Source: a virus
Taxonomy: Duplodnaviria > Heunggongvirae > Uroviricota > Caudoviricetes
Reading direction: 5' to 3' (one strand)
IMG/VR virus record: IMGVR_UViG_2541047758_000018
DNA length: 34,871 nt
Numbering within the stretch: position 1 is the stretch's first letter; every line of letters starts with the position of its first letter. A program made the position numbers and the translations under genes. This document shows positions 1-7,128 of this stretch, piece after piece. The notes under the pieces were generated by a model. That model did not search any database. It was not told the origin of the DNA and was given only the letters and a program-made list of their open reading frames with translations.

Positions 1-1260
1 ATGCCAAAACTCACAGATATGCAGATCCGCACATGGATAAAGGCGGGAGACAGATTTGATGGCAAGGCAGACGGCAACGGCCTTTATATTTGCTACCCCA
101 AAAACTACACAGTCCCGTTCTGGCGATTCCGCTATAAGCTCGCAGGAAAGCAGCGGGCTATGGTTATAGGCTCTTACTCCGAACTGTCACTATCAAAAGC
201 CAGAGAAACAGCAAAAGAGCTGTCAGCCAGAGTTGCTCTTGGCTATGACGTAGCAGCAGAGAAACAGGAACGAAAAGCTGAAGCACTGGCAAAAATGGAG
301 GCTGAGAAAAACGCCATGCGTGTTTCAGATCTGGCCTCCGAATACTTCGAGCGCCAGATACTTCCGAGATGGAAACATCCCGATATCCTTCGCCGGAGAA
401 TTGATAAGGATATTAACCCCTGCATTGGGCATATGAAGGTAGAGGACGTTAAGCCACGTCACATTGACGACATGTTGAAAGGTATCGTTGACCGAGGAGC
501 ACCAACGATAGCAACAGATGTATTACGCTGGACACGCCGTATCTTTGACTATGGGATAAAACGCCACGCTCTGGAGATAAACCCTTGTTCAGCGTTTGAA
601 GTATCTGATGCTGGTGGTAAAGAGGTTTCCCGCGACCGTTGGCTAACTCGCGATGAGCTTATCAGGCTATTCGAGGCTATGCGCACCGCAAAAGGATTCA
701 GCCGCCAGAACGAACTGACATTTAAGCTATTGCTGGCACTATGCGTTCGTAAGATGGAGTTATGCGCCGCACGATGGGAAGAGTTTGATTTAGATGGTGC
801 GGTATGGCATTTGCCGGAAGAACGCAGCAAAAACGGAGACCCTATTGATATACCTCTACCTTCCCCAGCCGTTGAATGGTTGAGAGAGCTACACACCTTT
901 TCATGTAATAGCGCATGGGTGCTTCCAGCCAGGAAAATGCAAAACAGAATGATCCCACATATTCAGGAAAGCACTTTACCCGTAGCACTGGCTAAGGTTC
1001 GCGCCGAAATGCCGGATGTGCCTAATTTCACGATTCACGACTTCCGACGCACCGCACGTACTCATTTAGCAGCGTTGGGTGTTGATCCTGTCGTAGCGGA
1101 ACGATGCCTCAATCATCGCATTAAGGGCGTAGAGGGGATTTATAACCGCCATCAGTATTTTGATGAGCGTAAAGCAGCACTGGCACTGTGGGCTGATCTG
1201 CTGGTGGCACTGGAAAGCGGAAAAGACTACAACGTAACGCCTCTCAGAAGGGCGAACTAA
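1..1260 (+). CDS. int: P4-type tyrosine integrase (site-specific recombinase), apparently full length (419 aa)
   Basis: N-terminus MPKLTDMQIRTW resembles the P4-integrase N-terminus (MSLTDAKIR... from memory); C-terminal catalytic region HDFRRTARTHLAALGV...NH...GIYNRHQY carries the R/H-x-x-R...Y tyrosine-recombinase signature. It is the first gene of the island, so the att site would lie upstream of the window. Confidence 0.9.
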   Translation: MPKLTDMQIRTWIKAGDRFDGKADGNGLYICYPKNYTVPFWRFRYKLAGKQRAMVIGSYSELSLSKARETAKELSARVALGYDVAAEKQERKAEALAKMEAEKNAMRVSDLASEYFERQILPRWKHPDILRRRIDKDINPCIGHMKVEDVKPRHIDDMLKGIVDRGAPTIATDVLRWTRRIFDYGIKRHALEINPCSAFEVSDAGGKEVSRDRWLTRDELIRLFEAMRTAKGFSRQNELTFKLLLALCVRKMELCAARWEEFDLDGAVWHLPEERSKNGDPIDIPLPSPAVEWLRELHTFSCNSAWVLPARKMQNRMIPHIQESTLPVALAKVRAEMPDVPNFTIHDFRRTARTHLAALGVDPVVAERCLNHRIKGVEGIYNRHQYFDERKAALALWADLLVALESGKDYNVTPLRRAN

Positions 1261-1355
1261 CTGAATAGATTGAGCCTAGCTCGACGGGGCGAAAAGCGGG
1301 AAGCCTTACCGCCTGGCTCAATCACAAAATAAGGCGCAGCGTAAAAGGTGACGCA

Positions 1356-2321
1356 ATGAACGACTCTCATGAAACAACTGCGGTGCATAGAAATTTATGG
1401 CAGGAATCAGGTATCCCACCTTTGGACTACTGCACGATAGAGCGAGCATCAAAATTATTAAATTGTGAAATTGATGATATATGGCATTGGAAAGATAGAC
1501 TACATATAGACTTTTATGTCTATGCTGACTTTCTTGATTTCATTGAAGCTGATGCCACCATCCACTTCAAAAAAGATGCTGATTTTATAACTGATTTATT
1601 ACTTATGTACCCAGAAGAAGTAAGGTTTACATTTCCTTTTCTTATTACCAGCGCAAGCAACGAAGTTTATATCCCAGCATCTGAAAGCGGTGCTTATGAG
1701 CTATTTTATGCACATAAACCACTGACAGTTGAAGACAGAGACAATAAAAATGTTTTTGAACAAATTGGCAAAAACTCTTTTATTGTAAGAAAATCAATTG
1801 CATGTGGATTGTTGCGTGTACGCGGTAGTACAACACGACATTATCATTCACAAGAATGTGGAGAGCCATATGTGCGACTTGAAGCAACATTTGATTGTGA
1901 TCTATATAAATTCAAAATGCAAAGTTCCCAGATTCACCTGAGTAGCCTGTCAGATAAAAACATTTATATAACAAAGGCTGATTTAGAATACCTTCACGAC
2001 GCAAAGGTTAATGGAAGCTTTGACGCAGCTAAGAGCAAAAAACGATACGAAATGGCGGTAGAACAGGAACTAATACCTGAAATAAAAAATAGCAACCATA
2101 ATGCCGAGAGACATGCTGAAAACAGGGAAAAACTTTTCAAATCAGCAATATATCTTTTGTCAAAGTATCCTGATGAATGCCGTGGCAAAAAGAAAGAAAT
2201 AAGCCCTGAGAAGTGGCGGGATTGCATAGTGGCTCATAAAGACGAAATTCCACCGTTAGCAATCACAAATGAAGATGTGATTTTGAGACACTTACGTGCT
2301 GCCGCCAACGGTAAGGGGTAG
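1356..2321 (+). CDS. Hypothetical protein (321 aa), AT-rich cargo gene between integrase and AlpA-family regulator; no domain recognised
   Basis: Long uninterrupted ORF with a possible GGTG Shine-Dalgarno about 9 nt upstream; visibly lower GC than flanking genes; followed by a hairpin plus T-run terminator. I cannot place the protein in a family by eye. Confidence 0.6.
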   Translation: MNDSHETTAVHRNLWQESGIPPLDYCTIERASKLLNCEIDDIWHWKDRLHIDFYVYADFLDFIEADATIHFKKDADFITDLLLMYPEEVRFTFPFLITSASNEVYIPASESGAYELFYAHKPLTVEDRDNKNVFEQIGKNSFIVRKSIACGLLRVRGSTTRHYHSQECGEPYVRLEATFDCDLYKFKMQSSQIHLSSLSDKNIYITKADLEYLHDAKVNGSFDAAKSKKRYEMAVEQELIPEIKNSNHNAERHAENREKLFKSAIYLLSKYPDECRGKKKEISPEKWRDCIVAHKDEIPPLAITNEDVILRHLRAAANGKG

Positions 2322-2336
2322 AGTAGCTAACTATTC

Positions 2337-2367
2337 AGGCACAGTATCATTACTGTGCCTTTTTATT
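2337..2367 (+). terminator. Putative Rho-independent terminator after the cargo gene
   Basis: aggcacagta-tcat-tactgtgcct forms a 10-bp stem, followed by ttttatt. Confidence 0.5.
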
Positions 2368-2386
2368 GTTCATATATGTACAGATA

Positions 2387-2434
2387 CTTCCTCCCGTAAC
2401 GAAGCAACAACTATCGCTAAGAGGTTACGGGAAG
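2387..2434 (+). promoter_or_regulatory. Inverted repeat overlapping the ribosome-binding region of the AlpA-family gene (possible operator or translational control hairpin)
   Basis: cttcctcccgtaac ... gttacgggaag: arms cccgtaac/gttacggg are perfectly complementary, separated by about 23 nt and ending 2 nt before the ATG at 2436. Confidence 0.35.
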
Positions 2435-2435
2435 C

Positions 2436-2639
2436 ATGAACACCGACACTATTCCTACAAAAGGCTATATCAGACGCTTTCGCCTGGCTGAATTGCTGGG
2501 CGTTAGTGTATCCACCATCGACCGTAAAGTAAGAAACGGTTCACTACCACGTCCGGTAAAGCTGGGAGAAAAAATAACTGCGTTTGATGCGGTTGAGATT
2601 CACAACTGGCTGGCAGAACGCCGCGGGAAGGTGGCCTGA
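2436..2639 (+). CDS. AlpA-family (phage excisionase/transcriptional regulator-like) HTH protein, 67 aa
   Basis: Small protein with the pattern RFRLAELLGVSVSTIDR...LPRPVKLG....F...E...WL typical of AlpA/Xis-like winged-helix regulators; positioned directly downstream of the integrase module as in CP4-57 and PICI-type elements. Confidence 0.75.
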   Translation: MNTDTIPTKGYIRRFRLAELLGVSVSTIDRKVRNGSLPRPVKLGEKITAFDAVEIHNWLAERRGKVA

Positions 2640-3070
2640 TGGAAAAGAAAAACCGCCCATTACAGGCGGCTAATTCAGATATTCGCGTATCTGATGTTAC
2701 GCCCCTTACAAAATCCCTTCAAGAACCAAAGCGCACACCGAAAAAGCATCGTGCCCGAGTCTATATGCTGCGTACTGGTATAGAGGGATGGACAGAAAAT
2801 GACATTCTTCGCTACTGCCGTCTGTCTTCTGGTCGTAACTATGCAACAGAGTTAGAACGCCAGCTTGGAATCACTCTGGAGCGTATCGACGAAAAGAATC
2901 CTGATGGTATCGGAACACACCTTCGCTACCGTTTCTCCTGCCGTGGTGATGTTCTGAAAGTGATCACTCATGTTAACCATCTTGCGAACATAAATGATCA
3001 CAACGGACTTTCTCAGCAGGAAATTGCCGACATTCTGAAACTCTACCCGGACGCGTTTAACGCCGCCTAA
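2639..3070 (+). CDS. Hypothetical protein (143 aa), start overlaps stop of the upstream gene
   Basis: ORF in operon arrangement (ATGA-type overlap with the AlpA-family gene); no recognisable motif. Confidence 0.5.
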   Translation: MEKKNRPLQAANSDIRVSDVTPLTKSLQEPKRTPKKHRARVYMLRTGIEGWTENDILRYCRLSSGRNYATELERQLGITLERIDEKNPDGIGTHLRYRFSCRGDVLKVITHVNHLANINDHNGLSQQEIADILKLYPDAFNAA

Positions 3071-3082
3071 CGGAGACTGAAA

Positions 3083-3916
3083 ATGAACATCGAAAAAAGC
3101 AGATTAATTTCTGAGGCCGCCCCTCATCTGAACGCCTCTCTGGGCACAATTAACGGTAATGAATTTGCCGCAATTGTCCCGGTTATTCCTGGTCATATCG
3201 GTGGGCGTGAAACCAATATTGTTAGCGCAAAAGCGTTACACAAAGCGTTGGGCGTGGGAAAAGACTTCTCTACATGGATCGCTGATCGCATCTCTGAATA
3301 TGACTTCACCATTGGGCACGATTACTCAGTCCATAAAACAATTTCCCCAAATTTGGGGAAAAGCCCGAATGGCGCGGCTTACAGCAAGATTAAGCACTCT
3401 GGCAGACCCGGCAAAGACTATCTGTTAAGTGTCGGAATGGCGAAAGAACTGGCAATGATCGAACGCAATGATCAGGGTCGCGCTATCCGTCGTTATTTCA
3501 TCCAGTGCGAGGAAGAATTACAGCGTAGCGTTCCTGAAATCGCCGCCCGCTATCGTCGCCAGCTAAAAGCCCGTATCAGTGCCGCAAACAACTTTAAGCC
3601 AATGTGCGATGCGCTGAACATGGCCCGTGCCGAGCAGGGGAAAACGACGCAGCAACACCACTACACAAACGAGAGCAATATGATTTCTCGTATCGTTCTT
3701 GGTGGGCTAACTGCTAAGCAGTGGGCGCGGATAAATGGCTATTCTGGCGAACCTCGCGACCATATGAACGCAGAACAGCTTGAGCACCTCTCATATCTCG
3801 AAAGCACCAATATCACGTTAATTGATATGGGCATGGAATATGAGCAGCGCAAAGGAGAACTCACCCGCCTGTCGCAACGCTGGCTCGCTAAGCGTCTGGA
3901 GGCGGTCAATGTCTAA
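3083..3916 (+). CDS. Phage antirepressor-like protein (AntA/AntB-type N-terminal domain)
   Basis: N-terminal segment VSAKALHKALGVGKDFSTWIADRISEYDFTIGHDY matches the antirepressor/KilA-type pattern (..F.NWI..RI..Y.F.EG.D..); 277 aa is typical. Confidence 0.55.
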   Translation: MNIEKSRLISEAAPHLNASLGTINGNEFAAIVPVIPGHIGGRETNIVSAKALHKALGVGKDFSTWIADRISEYDFTIGHDYSVHKTISPNLGKSPNGAAYSKIKHSGRPGKDYLLSVGMAKELAMIERNDQGRAIRRYFIQCEEELQRSVPEIAARYRRQLKARISAANNFKPMCDALNMARAEQGKTTQQHHYTNESNMISRIVLGGLTAKQWARINGYSGEPRDHMNAEQLEHLSYLESTNITLIDMGMEYEQRKGELTRLSQRWLAKRLEAVNV

Positions 3917-4091
3917 GCCAACAGGAACACCACAACCACAAAAACGCTACAAAGATGCCCACGGAGCACTCGTTACTGTCGAAAGCGTGTCTCACAACCG
4001 AGTGACGTTTTATCGCGACGGGTATCAATCGCCATGCGTACAACCGCTGGCACGTTTCATGAAGGAGTTCGCGGAGGTTAACAAATGCTAA
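3909..4091 (+). CDS. Small hypothetical protein (60 aa); start chosen at internal ATG 3909 rather than ORF-track start 3822
   Basis: ATG at 3909 overlaps the stop of the antirepressor-like gene (ATGTCTAA), typical of translational coupling; the longer ORF-track version would overlap the upstream gene by about 95 nt. Confidence 0.4.
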   Translation: MSKPTGTPQPQKRYKDAHGALVTVESVSHNRVTFYRDGYQSPCVQPLARFMKEFAEVNKC

Positions 4092-4522
4092 CCGCCCAGA
4101 AGAAGATATTTTCACTGGCTGGTATATCGCCAAAATCCAGCAATATGACAGCAAAGTCTGGCATTAATACAGCAGATACAAGCAAAGTTTATCATTTTCT
4201 GGTGGTAGGAGCGGATGCCTTAACTATGTCAGAAATTACGGTCGATGGTGTTAGCATTGAGAAGGTCAGCGGCTGCGCCAGAGAATTTCTGGTCGTAGAT
4301 GACCTGTTCTGCTCGCGTAGTGACTCCACAAAAATCTTCGTCCACGCGCGTGACGTTAACGAAATGAGCGCGATGTACTGTGCTTCTGGTTCTTCCAATA
4401 GTGAGTTTTCGGAGTCCATAAAAAAGAGCTTGCCGTTATGCGGCAACACGGTTTATGGTTATAAGGCACCTCATAAAACGGGTGCCGGGTTTCGCAGCCC
4501 GGAAATGTACGAGGCGACACAT

Positions 4523-4544
4523 GACGCGCCGAGCGTCTTTTTTT
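4523..4544 (+). terminator. Putative Rho-independent terminator
   Basis: gacgc-gccga-gcgtc hairpin followed by ttttttt. Confidence 0.45.
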
Positions 4545-4550
4545 GTGCCG

Positions 4551-4590
4551 TTAGCCAGACTCACACTTTTTTCAGTGATGTGGTTATAAT
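4551..4590 (+). promoter_or_regulatory. Putative sigma70 promoter for the early (primase) operon
   Basis: Perfect -10 hexamer tataat at 4585-4590 with a weak -35 candidate about 17-18 bp upstream; followed by a roughly 150-nt hairpin-rich leader and an aaggagg Shine-Dalgarno before the ATG at 4747. Confidence 0.35.
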
Positions 4591-4746
4591 CCGCGTCGCT
4601 TGCAAAATTATGGTGGGCTGGACAGGGCAGCCGAAAGGCTGGCCGGTTTCCTTGTACGCCGGTACTGCGAACTCTGTTCAGTCCACCACCAGCGAGTTTC
4701 GCAGCTCCGGTGGTGGGAAGAATTCCCAGTACAAGGAGGCTGCCAC

Positions 4747-4941
4747 ATGCTGGCTACTACCCCTACCCAAAAACCGCAATTTATCTGGATTATCGCCGCA
4801 GTTCGCCGCGATTGCCCGACAATTACCGCCAAAATTCATCATATTGCTGCCGAGTCTGAACGCGATGCTCGCCGTTCTCTGGTGCGCGATCACGTCTGCT
4901 TTTTTGCTGGTCGTATCCGCATGGAGGTGGCACATGATTAA
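4747..4941 (+). CDS. Small protein (64 aa), possibly Icd/Kil-like (host cell-division inhibitor-like), first gene of early operon
   Basis: Strong Shine-Dalgarno aaggagg 7 nt upstream of ATG 4747; protein MLATTPTQKPQFIWIIAAVRRD...ARRSLVRDHVCFFAGRI resembles Icd-like small proteins as I remember them. Preferred over the 355-aa ORF 4085-5152 that spans it in another frame. Confidence 0.4.
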   Translation: MLATTPTQKPQFIWIIAAVRRDCPTITAKIHHIAAESERDARRSLVRDHVCFFAGRIRMEVAHD

Positions 4942-5144
4942 AACCTACGATGTGCATATGGACCCCCTCGAACGCACAAGCCAGATCATCACACTGACAG
5001 AAGTGATTAATGACATTCTGGTGAGCAACTCTCCCTCACGAGACGAAAAACTGAAGGCGTTACTCGCGATATTGGATCTCGCCGTTCGTGACGTTCATTT
5101 CCTGCTGGAAGGTGGCGAAATGCCGGTAAAAACGGGGGCAACCA

Positions 5145-5339
5145 ATGAATAACTCAATCAATACCCCTCGCCTTACGTCCGCACTTCAATTAATCGAGCA
5201 AGCAGCGGCTGTCCTGCTTGCTGTCAGTCTTTCGGCTGAAGAAATGGATGCTGCTGATGTCGTGGATGCGATTAAAGCGTGCTCATCTTTGGTTAACGAT
5301 GCCCGTGCAGAGCTGGTAATTCTTGGGGGTGAAAAATGA
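5145..5339 (+). CDS. Small hypothetical early protein (64 aa)
   Basis: Part of a chain of small ORFs with overlapping stop/start codons leading to the primase gene. Confidence 0.5.
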   Translation: MNNSINTPRLTSALQLIEQAAAVLLAVSLSAEEMDAADVVDAIKACSSLVNDARAELVILGGEK

Positions 5340-5599
5340 ATATCAACTTAATTTATCGTCATCCGTGTGAGCTGGAAATTGAATCATTGCTGGGGCGCGA
5401 AGAGCCATATCCAGACACATTCACTCCCGCAGATTGCGCGACTGAACGGCTTACCAGAGCGCGCACAGGTCTGGTTCATGTGATGAATGAGATTATTCCC
5501 TCGGTGGGAGGGGAACAGGCGACAGTAATCAATAGCTGGCTACAAAAAGTTACCTTTCTGATAGATATCAGTTTAATCGATGTGGAGAGTGCGAAATGA
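5336..5599 (+). CDS. Small hypothetical early protein (87 aa)
   Basis: Start overlaps the upstream stop (ATGA); same operon chain. Confidence 0.5.
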   Translation: MNINLIYRHPCELEIESLLGREEPYPDTFTPADCATERLTRARTGLVHVMNEIIPSVGGEQATVINSWLQKVTFLIDISLIDVESAK

Positions 5600-5817
5600 C
5601 CAACATCCAGCTCATTGAAGCGCAATGTCGCATCGAACAGGTTCAGACTGTTTTAGGGTTCTGGCTTGAAGGGGCCAGCCCAAGCAACAGAGACAAGTTA
5701 ATGATTGGCGCGGTTATGTCACTGCTCAATGGCGTACCAGAAGCTATTCAGGAAGCAGACGAATTGTTGGGCAAATATGAGTTACAGAATCATTCAGGCG
5801 AGGCGAAACATGAATAA
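5596..5817 (+). CDS. Small hypothetical early protein (73 aa)
   Basis: Start overlaps the upstream stop; same operon chain. Confidence 0.5.
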   Translation: MTNIQLIEAQCRIEQVQTVLGFWLEGASPSNRDKLMIGAVMSLLNGVPEAIQEADELLGKYELQNHSGEAKHE

Positions 5818-6412
5818 TTTCTTAACTTTCCATGCAGAAGCAACGCCTGACGGCGTAAACATCATGCACCGCAGCAACGATGGCATGACAGAACGCGTTG
5901 AGACCGTCTCATATATTGATGCCGTAAATCGTCTGGATGCCGGGGATTATGACGATAAACCAGATGAAGGTATGTCAATACATCTCGCTATAGCCGATGG
6001 CGGCAACCAGGGATATTTCGATTACACATCACAGCATAACGTCATTATGTGGAGATGGTTGATCGCAACAGTATTCATGCTGGAAATGAGAGAGGAAAAC
6101 GGCACTGTCAGCATCATTGATGATACTGGCAATCCTTCCGAAGTGGCTGTTTATTCCAACGGCATCGTCGCCATGCCGCTGTATCCAGTAGCAGAGCGCC
6201 TCGCTATGGCAAACAACATTGAGGGCGCGATGATAGAACGTTTTGGCATCGAGTCTGGCACAGAACGCGCCATCATTTTCTACAGAGCCATGATGGATGT
6301 GGAACAAGGAACACTAACTCCATTTGGTCGTGAAACGCTTGCTGAACTTCACAACAGCTTTATAGCTGAACTGAATGAAAACGGCATGCCATCGGAACCA
6401 GTGACGCACTGA
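5810..6412 (+). CDS. Hypothetical protein (200 aa); start chosen at 5810 rather than ORF-track start 5705
   Basis: ATG at 5810 overlaps the stop of the upstream gene (ATGAATAA); the upstream extension would overlap the previous CDS by more than 100 nt. Confidence 0.5.
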   Translation: MNNFLTFHAEATPDGVNIMHRSNDGMTERVETVSYIDAVNRLDAGDYDDKPDEGMSIHLAIADGGNQGYFDYTSQHNVIMWRWLIATVFMLEMREENGTVSIIDDTGNPSEVAVYSNGIVAMPLYPVAERLAMANNIEGAMIERFGIESGTERAIIFYRAMMDVEQGTLTPFGRETLAELHNSFIAELNENGMPSEPVTH

Positions 6413-6422
6413 GGATGGAGCC

Positions 6423-6764
6423 ATGATTACTAAAAATTTCCGACTGAATGCGCTGGCAAATAAGTATGCGTCGGCACTGTATAACCACATTACCTCCACC
6501 AGCGGCGGGGACTATTTCATGGTTGATGCGGACGGCGAGGCCGTCCGTGTGGAAATCGTCAATGGAGTAAAAGGCGTTCGCAGCCTGATCGATAGCTACA
6601 CACTGGCAGCCATGAAAGTGTTCTACCCGCAGTGGGAAACCGTGGGGATCGAGCTTCTTGAACGTTGCGTCACTAAGGACGGATTGACTGACGTCGGGCG
6701 TGAGATATGGCAAAGCATGGTTAATGACATGGGCGCAACTGTAGCGGGAGGTTCTCATGCGTGA
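6423..6764 (+). CDS. Hypothetical protein (113 aa)
   Basis: ORF with ggatggag Shine-Dalgarno-like sequence upstream; operon position. Confidence 0.5.
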   Translation: MITKNFRLNALANKYASALYNHITSTSGGDYFMVDADGEAVRVEIVNGVKGVRSLIDSYTLAAMKVFYPQWETVGIELLERCVTKDGLTDVGREIWQSMVNDMGATVAGGSHA

Positions 6765-7128
6765 AAATGCAGAAATGGCGCTTAGCTCCGCAATCGGAGA
6801 GCAGGTGGCAAAGATTGCTGGTGCTGTGTGGATTCATAACCTTCATTCTACTGGTGAAGAGAAAATGGCAATTCAGACGCCAGAGGGACGCACCATTACT
6901 ACATCTCTGAAGCCGTCAGATGTTTGTGATCTGATTTGCGCATTCATGTACCCAGCAATGAGGACTGTCCACGGCGATAAGTGGAAACTTGCGACAACCG
7001 CTGAATTTGATATGTGGCTAAACAATGATGGCATGCTGACTGATTACGGAATAACCAAGTGGCAGATGCTGGTTAGCCATATCGCAAACGCTATAGACCA
7101 CGTGGGGTACGGTGATGCGAAACATTGA
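6757..7128 (+). CDS. Hypothetical protein (123 aa)
   Basis: Overlaps the upstream gene by 8 nt and the primase gene by 17 nt, typical phage-like coupling. Confidence 0.5.
   Translation: MRENAEMALSSAIGEQVAKIAGAVWIHNLHSTGEEKMAIQTPEGRTITTSLKPSDVCDLICAFMYPAMRTVHGDKWKLATTAEFDMWLNNDGMLTDYGITKWQMLVSHIANAIDHVGYGDAKH

Noticed and set aside
3822-4091. ORF-track start at 3822 for the small gene after the antirepressor
   Set aside because: It would overlap the antirepressor-like gene by about 95 nt; the internal ATG at 3909 gives a classic ATGTCTAA stop/start overlap, so the shorter CDS is preferred.
4085-5152. 355-aa ORF from the six-frame track
   Set aside because: It runs through a hairpin plus T-run terminator (4523-4544), a promoter-like TATAAT (4585-4590) and the Icd/Kil-like gene (4747-4941, strong Shine-Dalgarno) in another frame; its composition is Ser/Cys-rich and unlike its neighbours. 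Treated as a spurious read-through ORF over a regulatory or possibly RNA-coding region.
5705-6412. ORF-track start at 5705 for the 235-aa ORF
   Set aside because: The first 105 nt overlap the preceding small gene in another frame; ATG at 5810 overlaps that gene's stop codon and is the more likely start.
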